This document shows, piece after piece, positions 1 to 12,212 of a stretch of 43,166 nucleotides of DNA. The stretch comes from Protoeuglena noctilucae (taxonomy: Eukaryota). The position numbers and the translations under genes are program-made. The stretch lies in NCBI GenBank assembly GCA_958009085.1, contig OY253689.1, positions 434,001-477,166 on the forward strand, in the 5' to 3' direction. How positions within the stretch are numbered: position 1 is the stretch's first letter; every line of letters begins with the position of its first letter. The notes under the pieces were generated by a model, which was not told the DNA's origin, made no database searches, and was given only the letters and a program-made list of their open reading frames with translations.

Positions 1-862
1 CCGATTGCGGCAGGATCGTCTCCCTGCCGTTGCTGCTCGATCGATACCACCCGGATTTGGACAGGCTGCCGGGGCTGGTGTTGGATCTGGCGACGAGGGT
101 GGAGTGGGGGGAGAAGGCGTGTTTTCGGTGAGGGTTATGTGGGGGGTGGGGGTGTTTCTGGGTGTTGTTGATGTGAGTGGGTAAGAGTGGTGGAGTGGTG
201 GAGTGGTGGAGTGGGGGGAGGAGAAGGCGTGTTTCCGGTGAGGGGGGGGTGGGTGGGGTGTTGTGTGGGGTGCATTTAAATGATGGAGTAGTGTGTTGGG
301 GATGTTAAGGAATGCTGTTGATATGATTGGTTGACGTGGTTGCGAGGGTGGAGTGGTAAGATGGTGGGCATCAATCAAGCACGCATCGCCCAGCATCGTG
401 CTGTGCTGTCCGTGTCAGCAGCACGATCGCGGAGGCGCTGGCGGACTTCTACCGCCTGCAGCCGCCGATGGGGGAGGAGGGGGGTGGGGGAGAGGGGGGT
501 GATGATAAGGGTCAACATGATAAGGGACATGATGAGGGACAGCAAGGCCAGGGAGTGAATGAGGGACACGAGAAGGGGCGTGAGGGCGTGGCGTTGCCTG
601 GTTGGCGGAGGGACGGGCGGCGGGAGTGGGCGGTGCGGCACGTGGTGATGCCGGGTGAGTGGATGAGATGGGCAGTGAGGGAGTGGATGGTTCACATATG
701 TAGCAGCAGTACATATGTGATATCATTCATCATTCCAACACCTCTCTGCCCCTTGCAGCCCTCCGCTCTCTGTTCAAGCCCCCCGCACATCGTGGCAGGG
801 ACGGCACTGTGGTGGAGGTGACGAGGCTGGAGAAGCTGTACCAGATATTCGAGAGGTGCTGA
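1..862 (+). CDS. MLH1: MLH1 (MutL homolog 1), 3' part; exons ~1-127, ~419-654, 759-862; 5' end lies outside the window
   Basis: Spliced translation ..LPLLLDRYHPDLDRLPGLVLDLATRVEWGEKACF|STIAEALADFY..REWAVRHVVMP|ALRSLFKPP..VVEVTRLEKLYQIFERC*. It ends in the MLH1-diagnostic FERC terminus and has GT-AG introns. Confidence 0.93.
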
Positions 863-1058
863 CAATTGAATAAGGGTGTTAACATGTTTGAGTGAGCACA
901 TGTGCTTGTGGGTATCTTCAAACATCCCCATGCCAAATGCGAGGCCCTCGCTGACACTGCATCGCTCGGCACGGCCGCCCTTGAAACACCACGCGACGAG
1001 GGACGGCAGGAGTGTATTGCTAGAACTGTCATCCCCTTCTGGTCTGTGCCTCCCCCCC

Positions 1059-4000
1059 TCACATCCACTCCCTCATGTGCTGGAACACCCTCGCCAGGTT
1101 CTTGAGGTTGCCTAAGATGTGGCTGTGCTCTAACTCGGCATCTGGGGGAGAGGGAGGGGCACACAGCAGGTGACACGCCTTCATCGCACACTCTCCCCCC
1201 ACCTCACACACAACGTCGCGCCAAGCCCACTCTCTCTAACCACACGCGCACATCCAGTATCATACCAAACACACACACACACACACTCTCCCTCCCCATC
1301 TCTCACCGTATATGCACGTGATGTGCTTCCCATACTCCTCCATTTGCTTGCGGATGGCCTGGTGTGGCAGCAGCACGTCACGACCACCCACAAACACCAC
1401 CGCACCCTCGGGGATGTCCTGGGGGGGGGGGAGATTGGATATGAAAATTCAAATAATATATCTATGCATTTAAACATGGACTTGGTATGCGATGACACTG
1501 AAAAAGAACAGGCATCAGCACACACGCCCCGGCCCACACCCACACCCGCACCCGCACCCGCACCCACTCATCCACTCTTACCTCCGGCCACAGGTTGAGG
1601 GCGTGCCAGTAGAACTTGCGGCACATGGTGGCGGCCAGGCAGGGGTCTCTCCTGCCGATCAGCCTCACGCTGTCCTTTAACAGCGACATGAGTGACTCGG
1701 AGTGGGGGCGCTCGTAGATGAACGCGAACTGGGGGAGGTGGATAGCGATAGATATCAACAGTCGATTGATAAGTGATGCTGTCTATCCCAACCACATTCA
1801 CATTGCAATCACCCTCATGTCCCCCTCACCAGCAGCTGCGGTGCCGCCAGCATCAGGCACGCCGGGTCGAGCATCACGACGTTGTGCACCGCGGATGGGA
1901 ACCGCTTGACGATGCGGGCGAGCACGAACGTGCCGTAGGAGTGGGCCACGAAGACGGCACGGGAGAAACCCTTGCGCTTCAAGTCCCAGACTGGGGATGG
2001 GGGACGGGGGGGGTGGTAGTGGTGAGTGGTGGGTGGGGGAGAGGGGTGGGTATGAATGATGGGCGAAAGATAGTGATGAAAGCATGCAGTGGTGCGCAGC
2101 AGGTGTCATGTTGAGCAGTCACTGCAATCCCCTCACCCACATGCACCCACATTCATGCACTTACATGCAACCCCCTCTCCCCTCCCTCACCACTCCACTC
2201 CCCCACATTCACTCACAACATCCAATCGCATCTACACCCCCTCAACCAACCATCCCTCACCGATCCTCTCAGCCACCTCGTCCGGCGTGGGGACCCGGCA
2301 CACCCTCAGCGCGACCCATGGCATCTCCAGCGTCAGAATGGGGTGGCGGGGGAAGGCGCGCGACAGGCGGCGCAGCAGGGGGAGGTAGGGGAGAAGGCCG
2401 ACGCCGATGCCATGAAGGAACACTGAAAGAGGGATGGGGTGAAATGTTTGAATAGGGATGCACCGCACCAATTACGCTCCCCCACCCATCCCATCCCATA
2501 TCATCCACCGCATCCACCCCATCCCACTCACCAATCGTCAGCCCCCCCCTCTCTCTACCGCACCCATCCCATCCCATCACCCACCCCCTACCCAACCCAT
2601 CCCACTCATCCCCATTCCATCCCAACCCCCCCCAACCCATCCCACCACCCATTCCCACTCACCAATCGGCAGTTTCTCCGCCACAGGCTTCCTCCTCCGC
2701 CACCCCGGCTCCCCCGCACCCATCCCCCCGCCCCCACCCATTGCACTCACAGGCGTCCCCGCCGCACCCTCCCCCTGCCCCTCCCCACCCCCAAGCAGCC
2801 GCGCCACCAGTCCCCCGTCCCCCCACATCGCCGGTAACTGCGGCAGGGATCCAGTCAGCGACCCCAGTGACCCCAGTGCCCTCCCACCGTGCGCCTCGTA
2901 GTATCGCCTTGCGTATGCCTCCGCCATCGCCGGCGCCCCACGCAGCCTGGCTGCAATGCCGCCCCTCAGCGCCGCGCTGCGCTCCAGCGTCGCACCCCAC
3001 GCCTCCCGCATGTGCCGCCGGCTCAGAGACTCCTTGCGGCTGAAGAGCTGCCCGGGGGGGCGCGAGCCGGCCACCGCGAACGCGCCGGATGTGATAAATC
3101 CGTCCAATGACGCAGACGAGGCAGTCGATCGCGGGGAGTCGCAATTGTCATCGGCACAGTCACAGGCGCCCTCACAGGGACAGTCTGCGTGGCTGTTACC
3201 GTTGCCATCAACACCGTTGCTTTTGCAACCACAGTCGCCATCGCAGCGACACTCGCCCCTCTGTTTGCGCATGTGGATGGGCGAGGAGGGCAGCGATGGG
3301 TGCAGGGGTGTTTGGGTCTCCTGGCACCGCCGACCCGGCAATGCGTCACTTGCTATGGGAAGCATGGCTGCTGTTGATGGGGCGTGCGATGCACCATCGG
3401 TGTTGGCCGTCGCGTTGACCGCCCCATCTGCTCCCCCCATCGCACCCCCCATGTCATCACCACTCTCCCCCTCCTCTGCAGACGCATACTCCCACCACTC
3501 ATCCACAGACAAGCGGGGAGGAGTGGAGGGGTTGTTGTTGTTGTTGTTATGAGGGGAGATCAGGCCACCGACATTGCTCGTTGCACCGTCCTCATGCGCG
3601 CCCCCATTCCCCACCCCACCCGCACCGTGCTTGGCATGCCCCACCCCATTCCCATTCTCACCCACCCCCTGCCCCTCATCCCCCACCCCATTCCCACTCC
3701 CCACCCCATTCTCCGCCCCCTCCTCCCCCACCCCATTCCCATTCCCATCCTCACCCACCCCATTCCCCGCCCCATTCCCCCCGCTCTCACGCACACCTTG
3801 CCCCTTCCCATTTTGCCTGGGCGGCAGATGCCAAACTTGGTAATCACCGCTCTTATGGAAACCGTAGATGTGGAGGTGGAAAGAGGACCACAGACCGCAG
3901 AGATAGCTGCGGGGGGAAGGGAGAGGGAGGGGGGGTTAGTGTGAGTGGTGCGAGAGGGTGGGAAGGGGGAGCTTGTATGAGTGGTGCAAGCGGGGTGCAA

Positions 4001-5145
4001 GCGGGGTGGGGTGGGGGGAGGGGCAAAGCTGGGTAGCTGGGGTGTGAAGCTGTGGTGTCTGGAGTCAGTTGCATGGCTCTCTCTTAATCAACAACCATCT
4101 CACCTGAACAGGTACAGCAGCAGCGTGTAGTGCCGCGTCCGCAGTGGCTCCCACGTGTGCATGCGGATGCGCAGGTCGGGGTTCTTCCCCGGGGGGAGGG
4201 TAATGCCCCACGTCGCCAGAATGTCGTCGGTCCAGTGCTCCAGCTCGTCCCCGTAGCCGGCCCTGGGGTTGGTGCGGGGGTGGCAATGGGATAAATGGAT
4301 AGGGTTAGTTGGACATGTTGGTCAATTGCACATGTGTCATCGCAAGTCCGGAGTCATGAAAAGCCATTGTCAATCGTTCATATCCCACTCGCCCGCACAG
4401 CTGCTGTGCACTTGCCACCCACTCCACCCCTCACCTCACCTGTACACCTCTCCCACACACCCACTCCTCACCCCTCTCCCTCACTCTCACCTGTACAGTT
4501 CCTCCGTAGTGCAATAGAACCCCCCGTATGCGATCAGATCCCGGAAGTTGTCCCTCTTCATGGCCGCACGGTCAGCGTGATAGAACCACGGCAGGATGAA
4601 GTCCCACGGATCCATCACGCGGCCTATCATGTAGAGATTCTGAACATTGCGGGCGCCGTCCGTGTTGAGAACGACTGGGGGGGGTGGGGGGGAGGTGGAC
4701 AGGGTGAGGGGTGAGGAGAGGCGAGCGTGATGAGTGACGGGGGTGGGGGGGGTGACGTGGGCGACAAGCATAAGGGGTGAGAATGCCAGTGACCATGACA
4801 ATGACTATTGCGATGAGGTACATAGCAGTGGTGCAGACGACGACAGTTATGGTGAAAGGCAGAACCAATGACAGCGCAACACAATGGGCGTGACAATCGT
4901 TGGCATCCGCGCCGCGCGTCTCAGCTCATGTCCGGGGGGTGGGACTGCGCCGGCTCCGACAAGAGTTCGACTCTCGCGAGGTACACCAGGAAATGGGCGG
5001 CCTCGGCCACCGCCCACACCGCCAAGGTGCCCGCCACGCCCAGCGCATAGAGCAGGGCGAACAGCGTGGCGTTCCATATCCCCAGGATGAACACAACCAT
5101 CAGGTGCGTCCAGTTAGCGTCCGAAACGGGGGCGTGGAGGGCTGC
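1059..5145 (-). CDS. Membrane-anchored alpha/beta-hydrolase fold protein, about 9 exons; true 5' end unresolved (may extend to ~5550)
   Basis: N-terminal hydrophobic segment (MVVFILGIWNATLFALLYALGVAGTLAVWAVAEAAHFLVY), VFLHGIGVGLLPY motif, nucleophile elbow AHSYG, VMLDP, acid motif GGRD and His motif EHSH. TGA at 1061-1059. Confidence 0.8.
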
Positions 5146-6481
5146 GGGGGTGGAAGTCGCACGGCATGGGGCGCTCGGCTGACGGTTGCATAAGCGCAGG
5201 GGCGCGAGGCTGGGTGCCGCACGCTGGGCGCGCCGGCCCCGATGCGCGTGCGATCGACGAATCCGTCGACGTAAATTGATTGCAATTCATCAGAAACCCC
5301 GCCGCAATCGCACCGGCGGCGATGTCGGGAGCGTCTGAAGCGTCGCCATCCGCGGACGCCGCGGACACCGAGGGAGACGTCGCGGGGACCTTCTGGGCAT
5401 CCCCGTTGATGCAAGATGCTTTTGCGCGCGTGTCGACGGCGCGAGGGGATCCCGGGGGCGGGCGGTCGGGGACGGCGGGGGCCATGCGCGCGGGGACGGG
5501 ACCCGCCGCGTCGCCGGGCTCGCTGGCCCCGGACCTCGACGCCGCCGATCCCATCGTCCGTCACGACGAGATTCGGACGGCGCGACCGGCACGCGCGGCG
5601 CAGGGAGGGGCGGGCGCGGCACGCCTTGCTGTCAGGCCTGCGGGGAAGGCCGACGCCCCGCTCGCGCCGTGCGCGTGCCCACGAGCAGAGAGGCTGGGAA
5701 CATGGCACTCTACCGGTAGCAGCCGATGGCGAGGGGACGATCGCGCTGCGCTGCGCGGGACCCCAAAGCGTGTTAATGCGGACACAAATGCCCGCTGCAT
5801 CGCGCCGCGTACACCATCAGCCTGTGCGCGCCGCGACAGCCATTTGACGTCTGTCACCTATCGCAGGCAGCCCTACGAGCCCCCCAGGCTGTCACGCTCC
5901 CCCAGATCCCTCGACCGGAGGGCGGAGACCGTTGTGCACCAAGCGGCGAAAAAAGATCGCGAGAAGGTACGCCAGAGCGCTTTTCCGGGTTCGCGTTTGC
6001 GAAAAAGAGGAGGGCTTATCGGATCACCTCGCGCAATTGGCCGCACTGGCGATGGGGGCAACCCTCCGCTGACCGGGCTCCCAGCAAGCTCCGGCTTGTA
6101 GCTTTTGTCCTGACGCCTTCGTGCCGCGCGTACCTTTGATGCGAGCACTTGGATGCGGGCTGTTGTGTGGGCGCTAGCCGAAGATTAGCCGCAGTACTTG
6201 CGTGTGACGTCTTCCGGTGCGACACCGCTTCCGTGAAACTGTCAGCGCTCGCCTCGCCGCTTCGGCGAGCTTGTCGGTTGTCCGATGACACGGGGAGGGC
6301 CCGCCACGGCCACCGCCGGGCCCCGCGCGCCGCGCATCGGGGGCGCTTGCCGCGAAGGACGGGCGATGCGGTCGTTCGAGCAGGCTCTCTCGTCGCTGTT
6401 CCGCGTCACCGATCGCGGTGGGTGGTCTCGTGTCGCGGCCATCCGATTGTCGCGCACCCGACGCGTGCTTGAGGCCACGCC

Positions 6482-7822
6482 ATGCCCAACGCTGCATCAT
6501 GCCTCTCCCGCGCGCCCTCCGCAGGCTTCCTCGGCCCTCCAATCGGTCGCCGCATCCGTGATTCTCGATCTTGTTGGGCTGCGGCACTGGACGGGGACGG
6601 GGCTGCCGCTTCTTCCAGCGCGGCGCTCATCAACCGCGAGCCGCTCGCCGACCCTTCCCGCGACGCGGTGAGTCGTTAGTAAACCTGGCAATAGACGCAG
6701 ATAAGCATAATATATAACTAAGATGCTCGATAGCTTGCTCATGGGCTCTCTTTCTGCCTCAGCACCTCGCAACATATGGCCTTTAACGCCCTTCGCAGTA
6801 CGTGGTCCTTTCGCGTTACCTGGACCCCTCGGGCCGCTACTCGGTGTCGCCGGTGGAGCCGGGGATGGTGTCGGAGGCGGGTGCGCTGCAGGGAGAGAGC
6901 TTCCACGAGCCCATGACGGGTCTGCTGGGCGCATTCGACGGCATGGCGCGAGGTGAGCGGTGGGGTGGTTGTTAGTAAGGGATGAGATGAGATGAGATGG
7001 GATGGGATGGGATGAGCTTAGCTACAAGTCATGGCTCTATTCGTTTGTGCATCATCTCTACCCACGTCTACCGCCGCGTTTGTCTCACTGCCCACCCATG
7101 CTTCGCCTCACCACCTCTACCCACGCATGCCTGTACACATCCCTTTCTCTTTTTCCCCCCAGCTTCCTTCACCGCGGAGGTCCTCGGATCGCTGACTCAG
7201 AAACTCCGCTACAACCGGCACGACCAGTTCGCGTGCCTGGTGGCGACGGCGGTGGGGGGGGCGGCGGGGCAGAGGGACGGGGGAGCGGGTGAGATGATGA
7301 GTGTGGGGTGATGGGGTGTATGGTGCTGCCATGTGCGTGCCACTGTGGATGTTCATGCGGATGATCGTGCATCTACGCAAACACACCAACGCCCCTCACC
7401 CCCACCACCACCCCTCTCCCCCCTCCCCACCCCCAGCCTCCCCCATCCTCGGCGTTGTGGAGCTCTCTCAGCAAAGCGACCCCACCGTAATCGCATCCGC
7501 CCGCCTGCCCCCCACCTCCGTTTACGCGTATGTCGCATGCATGGCGGTGCGATCCTCACATCGCAGACAGGGTGTGTCACAGGCACTGCTATCCGCATGC
7601 GATTATCTCGCTAGTGCGTGGGGCATCGCTTGGCTGGCGCTGCATGTGGATGCGGATAACGCAGCGGCTGTGGGGGCGTATCGCAAGGCGGGGTTTGCAG
7701 AGGTGGCGGCTACGGGTGGGGGGCTGTTTGGGGGCAGGAGGCGGTTGCTGATGGTGCGGCGAGTGGGGGCGGGTGAAGTTGGGGGGGAGGGGGGGGGTAG
7801 GGGAGCGCCCTTGCTGCCGTGA
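6482..7822 (+). CDS. Plastid-type GNAT N-acetyltransferase (resembles Arabidopsis GNAT10); exons 6482-6667, 6799-6952, 7163-7288, 7437-7822
   Basis: Transit-peptide-like N-terminus followed by QGESFH..FTAEVLGSLTQKLRY..FACLVA..GVVEL..AYVACMAVRSSHRRQGVSQALL (acetyl-CoA motif A)..LALHVDADNAAAVGAYRKAGF. Splice phases are compatible. Confidence 0.88.
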
Positions 7823-8091
7823 GGGCGGTGGTGGTAGTAGTGGGTGACGGTGCGTGCTTTCACATTCATAGTATCATCCATAGCGACTGAACGATGGAGT
7901 TGCTTCGATCTGTCCGTGCCAATTGCGATGCGATTTCAAACTCGACGCTGCATTTGAAAGACCCAACGGGCAGTGCCGGCGCTTGCATGTGTGGTAGATC
8001 CCGCTGCATGCGACCCTCGCCATCCGTCTCATGAGTATCACTATCGTCACCCTCCCATCCATCGCCATCGCCCCATCTATCGCCGCTCCCC

Positions 8092-11000
8092 TCACATGGG
8101 CAGCAGGTCCTCCCCCAGCGTCCAATCCTCCTCCTCCCCCTTCCCCCGCCCCCTCCGCTCCCCGTCCCCCTCCTCCTGCACCTTCACCCCCACGTTTACT
8201 GACACGGGCGCCAGGGGCTCCTCTCCCCTCGCCTTGCCCCTCTTGCCCGGCCCCGACTGCGCCTGCTCAGCTGCGTCTGCCTGCGCCTGGGCACGCTGGG
8301 CCTTGGCCAGCTTGTCTGCGATTGACGGGGGGGTGTGTGCGAGGGTAAGATGGCGAGCGAGTGGGGTGGGGGAGAGGTGGGGCTTGGCGATGTCGGGATG
8401 TCTGCAGTTAGTACCCTTAATAACAGCACTTCCACGCTTGTCATTGCGTATTGAGCCTTATGTTATCCAACAGCCCCACACACACACCCAATCCTCTCTC
8501 ACCCGCGTACTTTGCCTCGTCGTTGGTGAACCCCAATTCTCTCCCCAGATCCACCAGATACCGCAAACATTCCACATTATCCGCGTGTCTGGCGTGGATG
8601 GCCTGGTAACGGCGATAGGCGCCGGGGAGGTCGCCGGAGCGACTGGGGGGGGGTATAGGGGGGGAGGGGTGTTGGTAGATGTGATATGGGAGAGGGAGAG
8701 ATACAATTATCGTCAATTACTGGCACGAGCGTACATATGTCATCTACTCTCGCATTCCCATCCACTCATACCCCCACCCCACACACCCCACCCCTCTCTC
8801 ACCGAATGCACGAGGCCGCCATCAGCTCCCACTCACTCACACACACCACCACACCCACTCCACACCCACATCATTCTCTCACCGGATGCACGACGCGGCC
8901 ATGAGTTATCACTCACACCCACTGTCGCATCTCTCACCGAATGCACGAGGCCGCCATCAGCTCCCACTTGGCCTCCGCCGGCTGCAGCTGCGCAAGGATT
9001 TCGAAGAACGGCAGCGCGTCCGCGTAGGCGTTGTTCTTGACGTAGTAGACCCCCAGCCACACCGCCACGTCCATCGACGCGGGGAACACGCGGTAGGCGT
9101 CCTGAATGGGGGGAGAGGGATGGGTGATGATGGTGGGGTTACATGATCAAATGACTGTGGCAACACACTCATGGCACGTGGTGGGCGTCCTGGGAAAACA
9201 CAGCGATGGGATTATGATTATAATTGTGTTGGTGTTGGGTTTATAAAGGGTGTATTGTCGTGCGGTAACACTCGTCGTTGTGCCATACACACGCACAGTG
9301 CTCTCCCCTTCCCCTCTCATTGGCATATGCACGTCCACACACCCCCACATCCACCCACTCACCAGGAACATCCTCAGTGCCTTCCCCTCGTCCTGCTGCG
9401 CTGCGTGGATGCCCCCCAGCTTGACCATCAGAGAGGGATCGGCACCCAGGAACATCTGGGCAGACGCCTGCTCCAGCCACTGCGGATGAGAGATGGGAGT
9501 AAGGTGTATATTGAGAATGGTTATAGCAAGTGATGGTCGCCCAGAGGGATCGGCACCCAGGAACAAGGGATGGGTCTCAAGTGACACGGTGGGTTGAGGG
9601 GGTGTAGAGAGTAGAGTGGGACCGCGAGAGCGTGGCTGACAGTGAGGGGGGTGTACACAGAGTAGTGGGGTGAGACAGAGCGAACCCCAACACTGCACCT
9701 GCAACCCACACACGCACCCCCACCCCTCCCTCACAACACCCCCACACATGCACCCCCCCCCCACACCCCACCCCACACCCCACCCCCCTTGCCTTGACGC
9801 ACGACCGCACCCCCTGCCTCCTCCTCTCCCCTTCGAACTGCGTCAGCTCATAGCATAAAGCGATCTGCACGTGCACGTCCGGCGCGTCCGGCATCAGCAG
9901 GGCGAGCTTCTTGAAGCGGCCCATGGCCTCGCGGACGCGGTCGCTGCGCCACTTGTGTTCAAGTGATGTCCAGTCGATGGCCGCGGGGTCCAGCTGGGGA
10001 GGGAGAGAGGGGGGTAAGATTGAGGGGTGGTAACAAGTGAGGCAAAGGCAATGGTAGCTGTATAGGTCTGTCACCCCACCCACCCCACCCCTTGTGCACC
10101 GCCCCATCTCACATCCATCGCATCCCCACCCACCATGCACATCTCCCTCTCTCCCATTATCCCTCACCTCCCCCCCGCTGGACAGGTCCCTCAGCGCCAG
10201 TTTCCTGGCCACCAGCCCCGCGTTGTAGAGGGCATCGGCACAGTCGGCCTCCACCTCCAGCGCACGCTCGTACTGACTGAGAGTGGGGAGAGAAGGGGAT
10301 GTGTTGATGTCATTGTCTGCCACCTCCAGCGCACGCTCGTACTGGCTGGGGGGGGGGGGGGGGAGAGTGATGAAGGAAATGTGTTGCTATGCTTCTCATC
10401 CATGCTTACCGCAGCGCCTCCTCCAGCTCCCTCATTCACCACACACAACAACAAACACAGCCACCATTTATCACCCCATCTCTCCCCTCACCGCAGTGCC
10501 TCCTTCAGCTCCCCTCACACACTACACACAACACCTCCCCTCATACACACAACACATCACCCATCCCTACCCCCTCCCTCACCGCAGCGCCTCCTCCAGC
10601 TCCCCCCCCGCGGCCATCACGTTCCCCCTCGCCACCAGCGCCTGGGCGTTGTAGGTGTCAGCCGCCAGTGCCAGATCGGCGTTTCGCCTGGCAGCGTCCA
10701 AATCGCCCTCCATGAAAGCAATGGAAGACAAGGAGCCAGCCGCACGGGCGCGGAGGTCCTGGGGGGGAGAGCGGGATGGGGGGTGTTCAGTGAATGGGAG
10801 GTTGTGATGCGAAGATGTGACACTTTCTGAATGCAATTGAAGACAAAGAGCCGGCAGCGCGGGCGCGGAGGTCCTGGGGGGGGGAGAGGGGGGTAAGGGC
10901 GGTGATGTGGGTGAGTGAGTGAGTGAGTGAGTGAGTGAGTGAGTGAGTGAGTGAGTGAGTGAGTGAGTGAGTGAGTGAGTGAGTGAGTGAGTGAGTGAGT

Positions 11001-12156
11001 GAGTGAGTGAGTGAGTGAGTGAGTGAGTGAGTGAGTGAGTGAGTGAGTGAGTGAGTGAGTGAGTGAGTGAGTGAGTGAGTGAGTGAGTGGGTAAGTGAGT
11101 GAGTGAGTGAGTGGGTAAGTGAGTGAGGCTGGAGGTGACTTGTGGTGGGGATGCGTGTTACACTCCCGCCCATGCACACCCATCCACATCACCACCCATC
11201 ACTCGCCTTGTCCTTCCTCTCGAAGCTCTTGAGTATCTCCACCGCCCCCGCAAAGTCCCTCCCCCCCAGCAGCGCCTCCGCCTTGCACAGCTCCACCTCC
11301 CCCGCAAGCCGCGCCATCCCCATCTCCCGCAGCTGCCCCGCCGCCCACTCGAACCCCGCAGCGCGCGTGGGGCCGAGCGCGGGCGCCAGCACCCTCGCCG
11401 CACGCAGCACGGTGGCAGAGACCGCCATGCGCCTGCGCACCAACTCTTCACGCAACGAGTCGACGGCGTCTGGGTCAAAGGCCGTCTCCTCGCTCTCCTC
11501 GTCCAATGCAACGTCCACGGGGTCCAGGCCCTGGGGGGGAGGGATAAGGGGGTGGGTTGATGTGGGTGGGGGTGGGGGTGACATGAGTGGTGAAATTGGG
11601 GTGACATGCGACCCGCGAATGTGTATGTTTGTACATGTGCATATGTGCACATGTGCATGCATGTGTGTGTATAAGCGTGTCTGTGCACCATGCATCTATC
11701 ACTCTCCCCCCTCATCCCCACTCCCCCCATCTCACCCTGAGCAGCATCTGGAAGGCCGCCTTCATGCGCTCCTTGTCCCCCGCCGCGTACGCGCACACCA
11801 CCAGGTTGAACCCCGCTACGTGACTGGGGGCGTGCTCCATGGCCTGCTCGAACTGCTGCAGAGCGTCGCCCATGTGACCCGCACGCACGAACGCCAGCGC
11901 GATGTTTCGCTGCACCTGCCCCCGCAGCTCCTTGGAGGTGTTGGGGAGCTGGTCGACGGCCATGCGCCACATCTGGGGTGGGAGAGGGGGAGAGGGGTGC
12001 GGGTGTGTGTGTGTGTGTGTGTGTTGGGGAGCAAGGGGATAGTGGTTGTACATGATCAAGAGAAGTAGAGACGCTATGGCGACCTTAATTTGACACAATG
12101 CATTCGTCACACATCACCCATATCCTCTCGCATTGCGAAGTGCACCTATCACACAT

Positions 12157-12212
<56 letters not shown>

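Noticed and set aside
4921..4923. TGA as selenocysteine in the hydrolase
   Set aside because: Read-through enters intron-like sequence and is out of frame with the next exon. No SECIS was identified.
5150..6480. Long ORFs in GC-rich spacers (also 13600-14800, 32900-34150, 40950-41460) and antisense ORFs over exons
   Set aside because: They are Arg/Pro/Ala-rich with no recognisable motifs, as expected from stop-codon scarcity at high GC.
10617..11195. ORFs with THSL repeats
   Set aside because: They are translations of the intronic (GAGT)n microsatellite.
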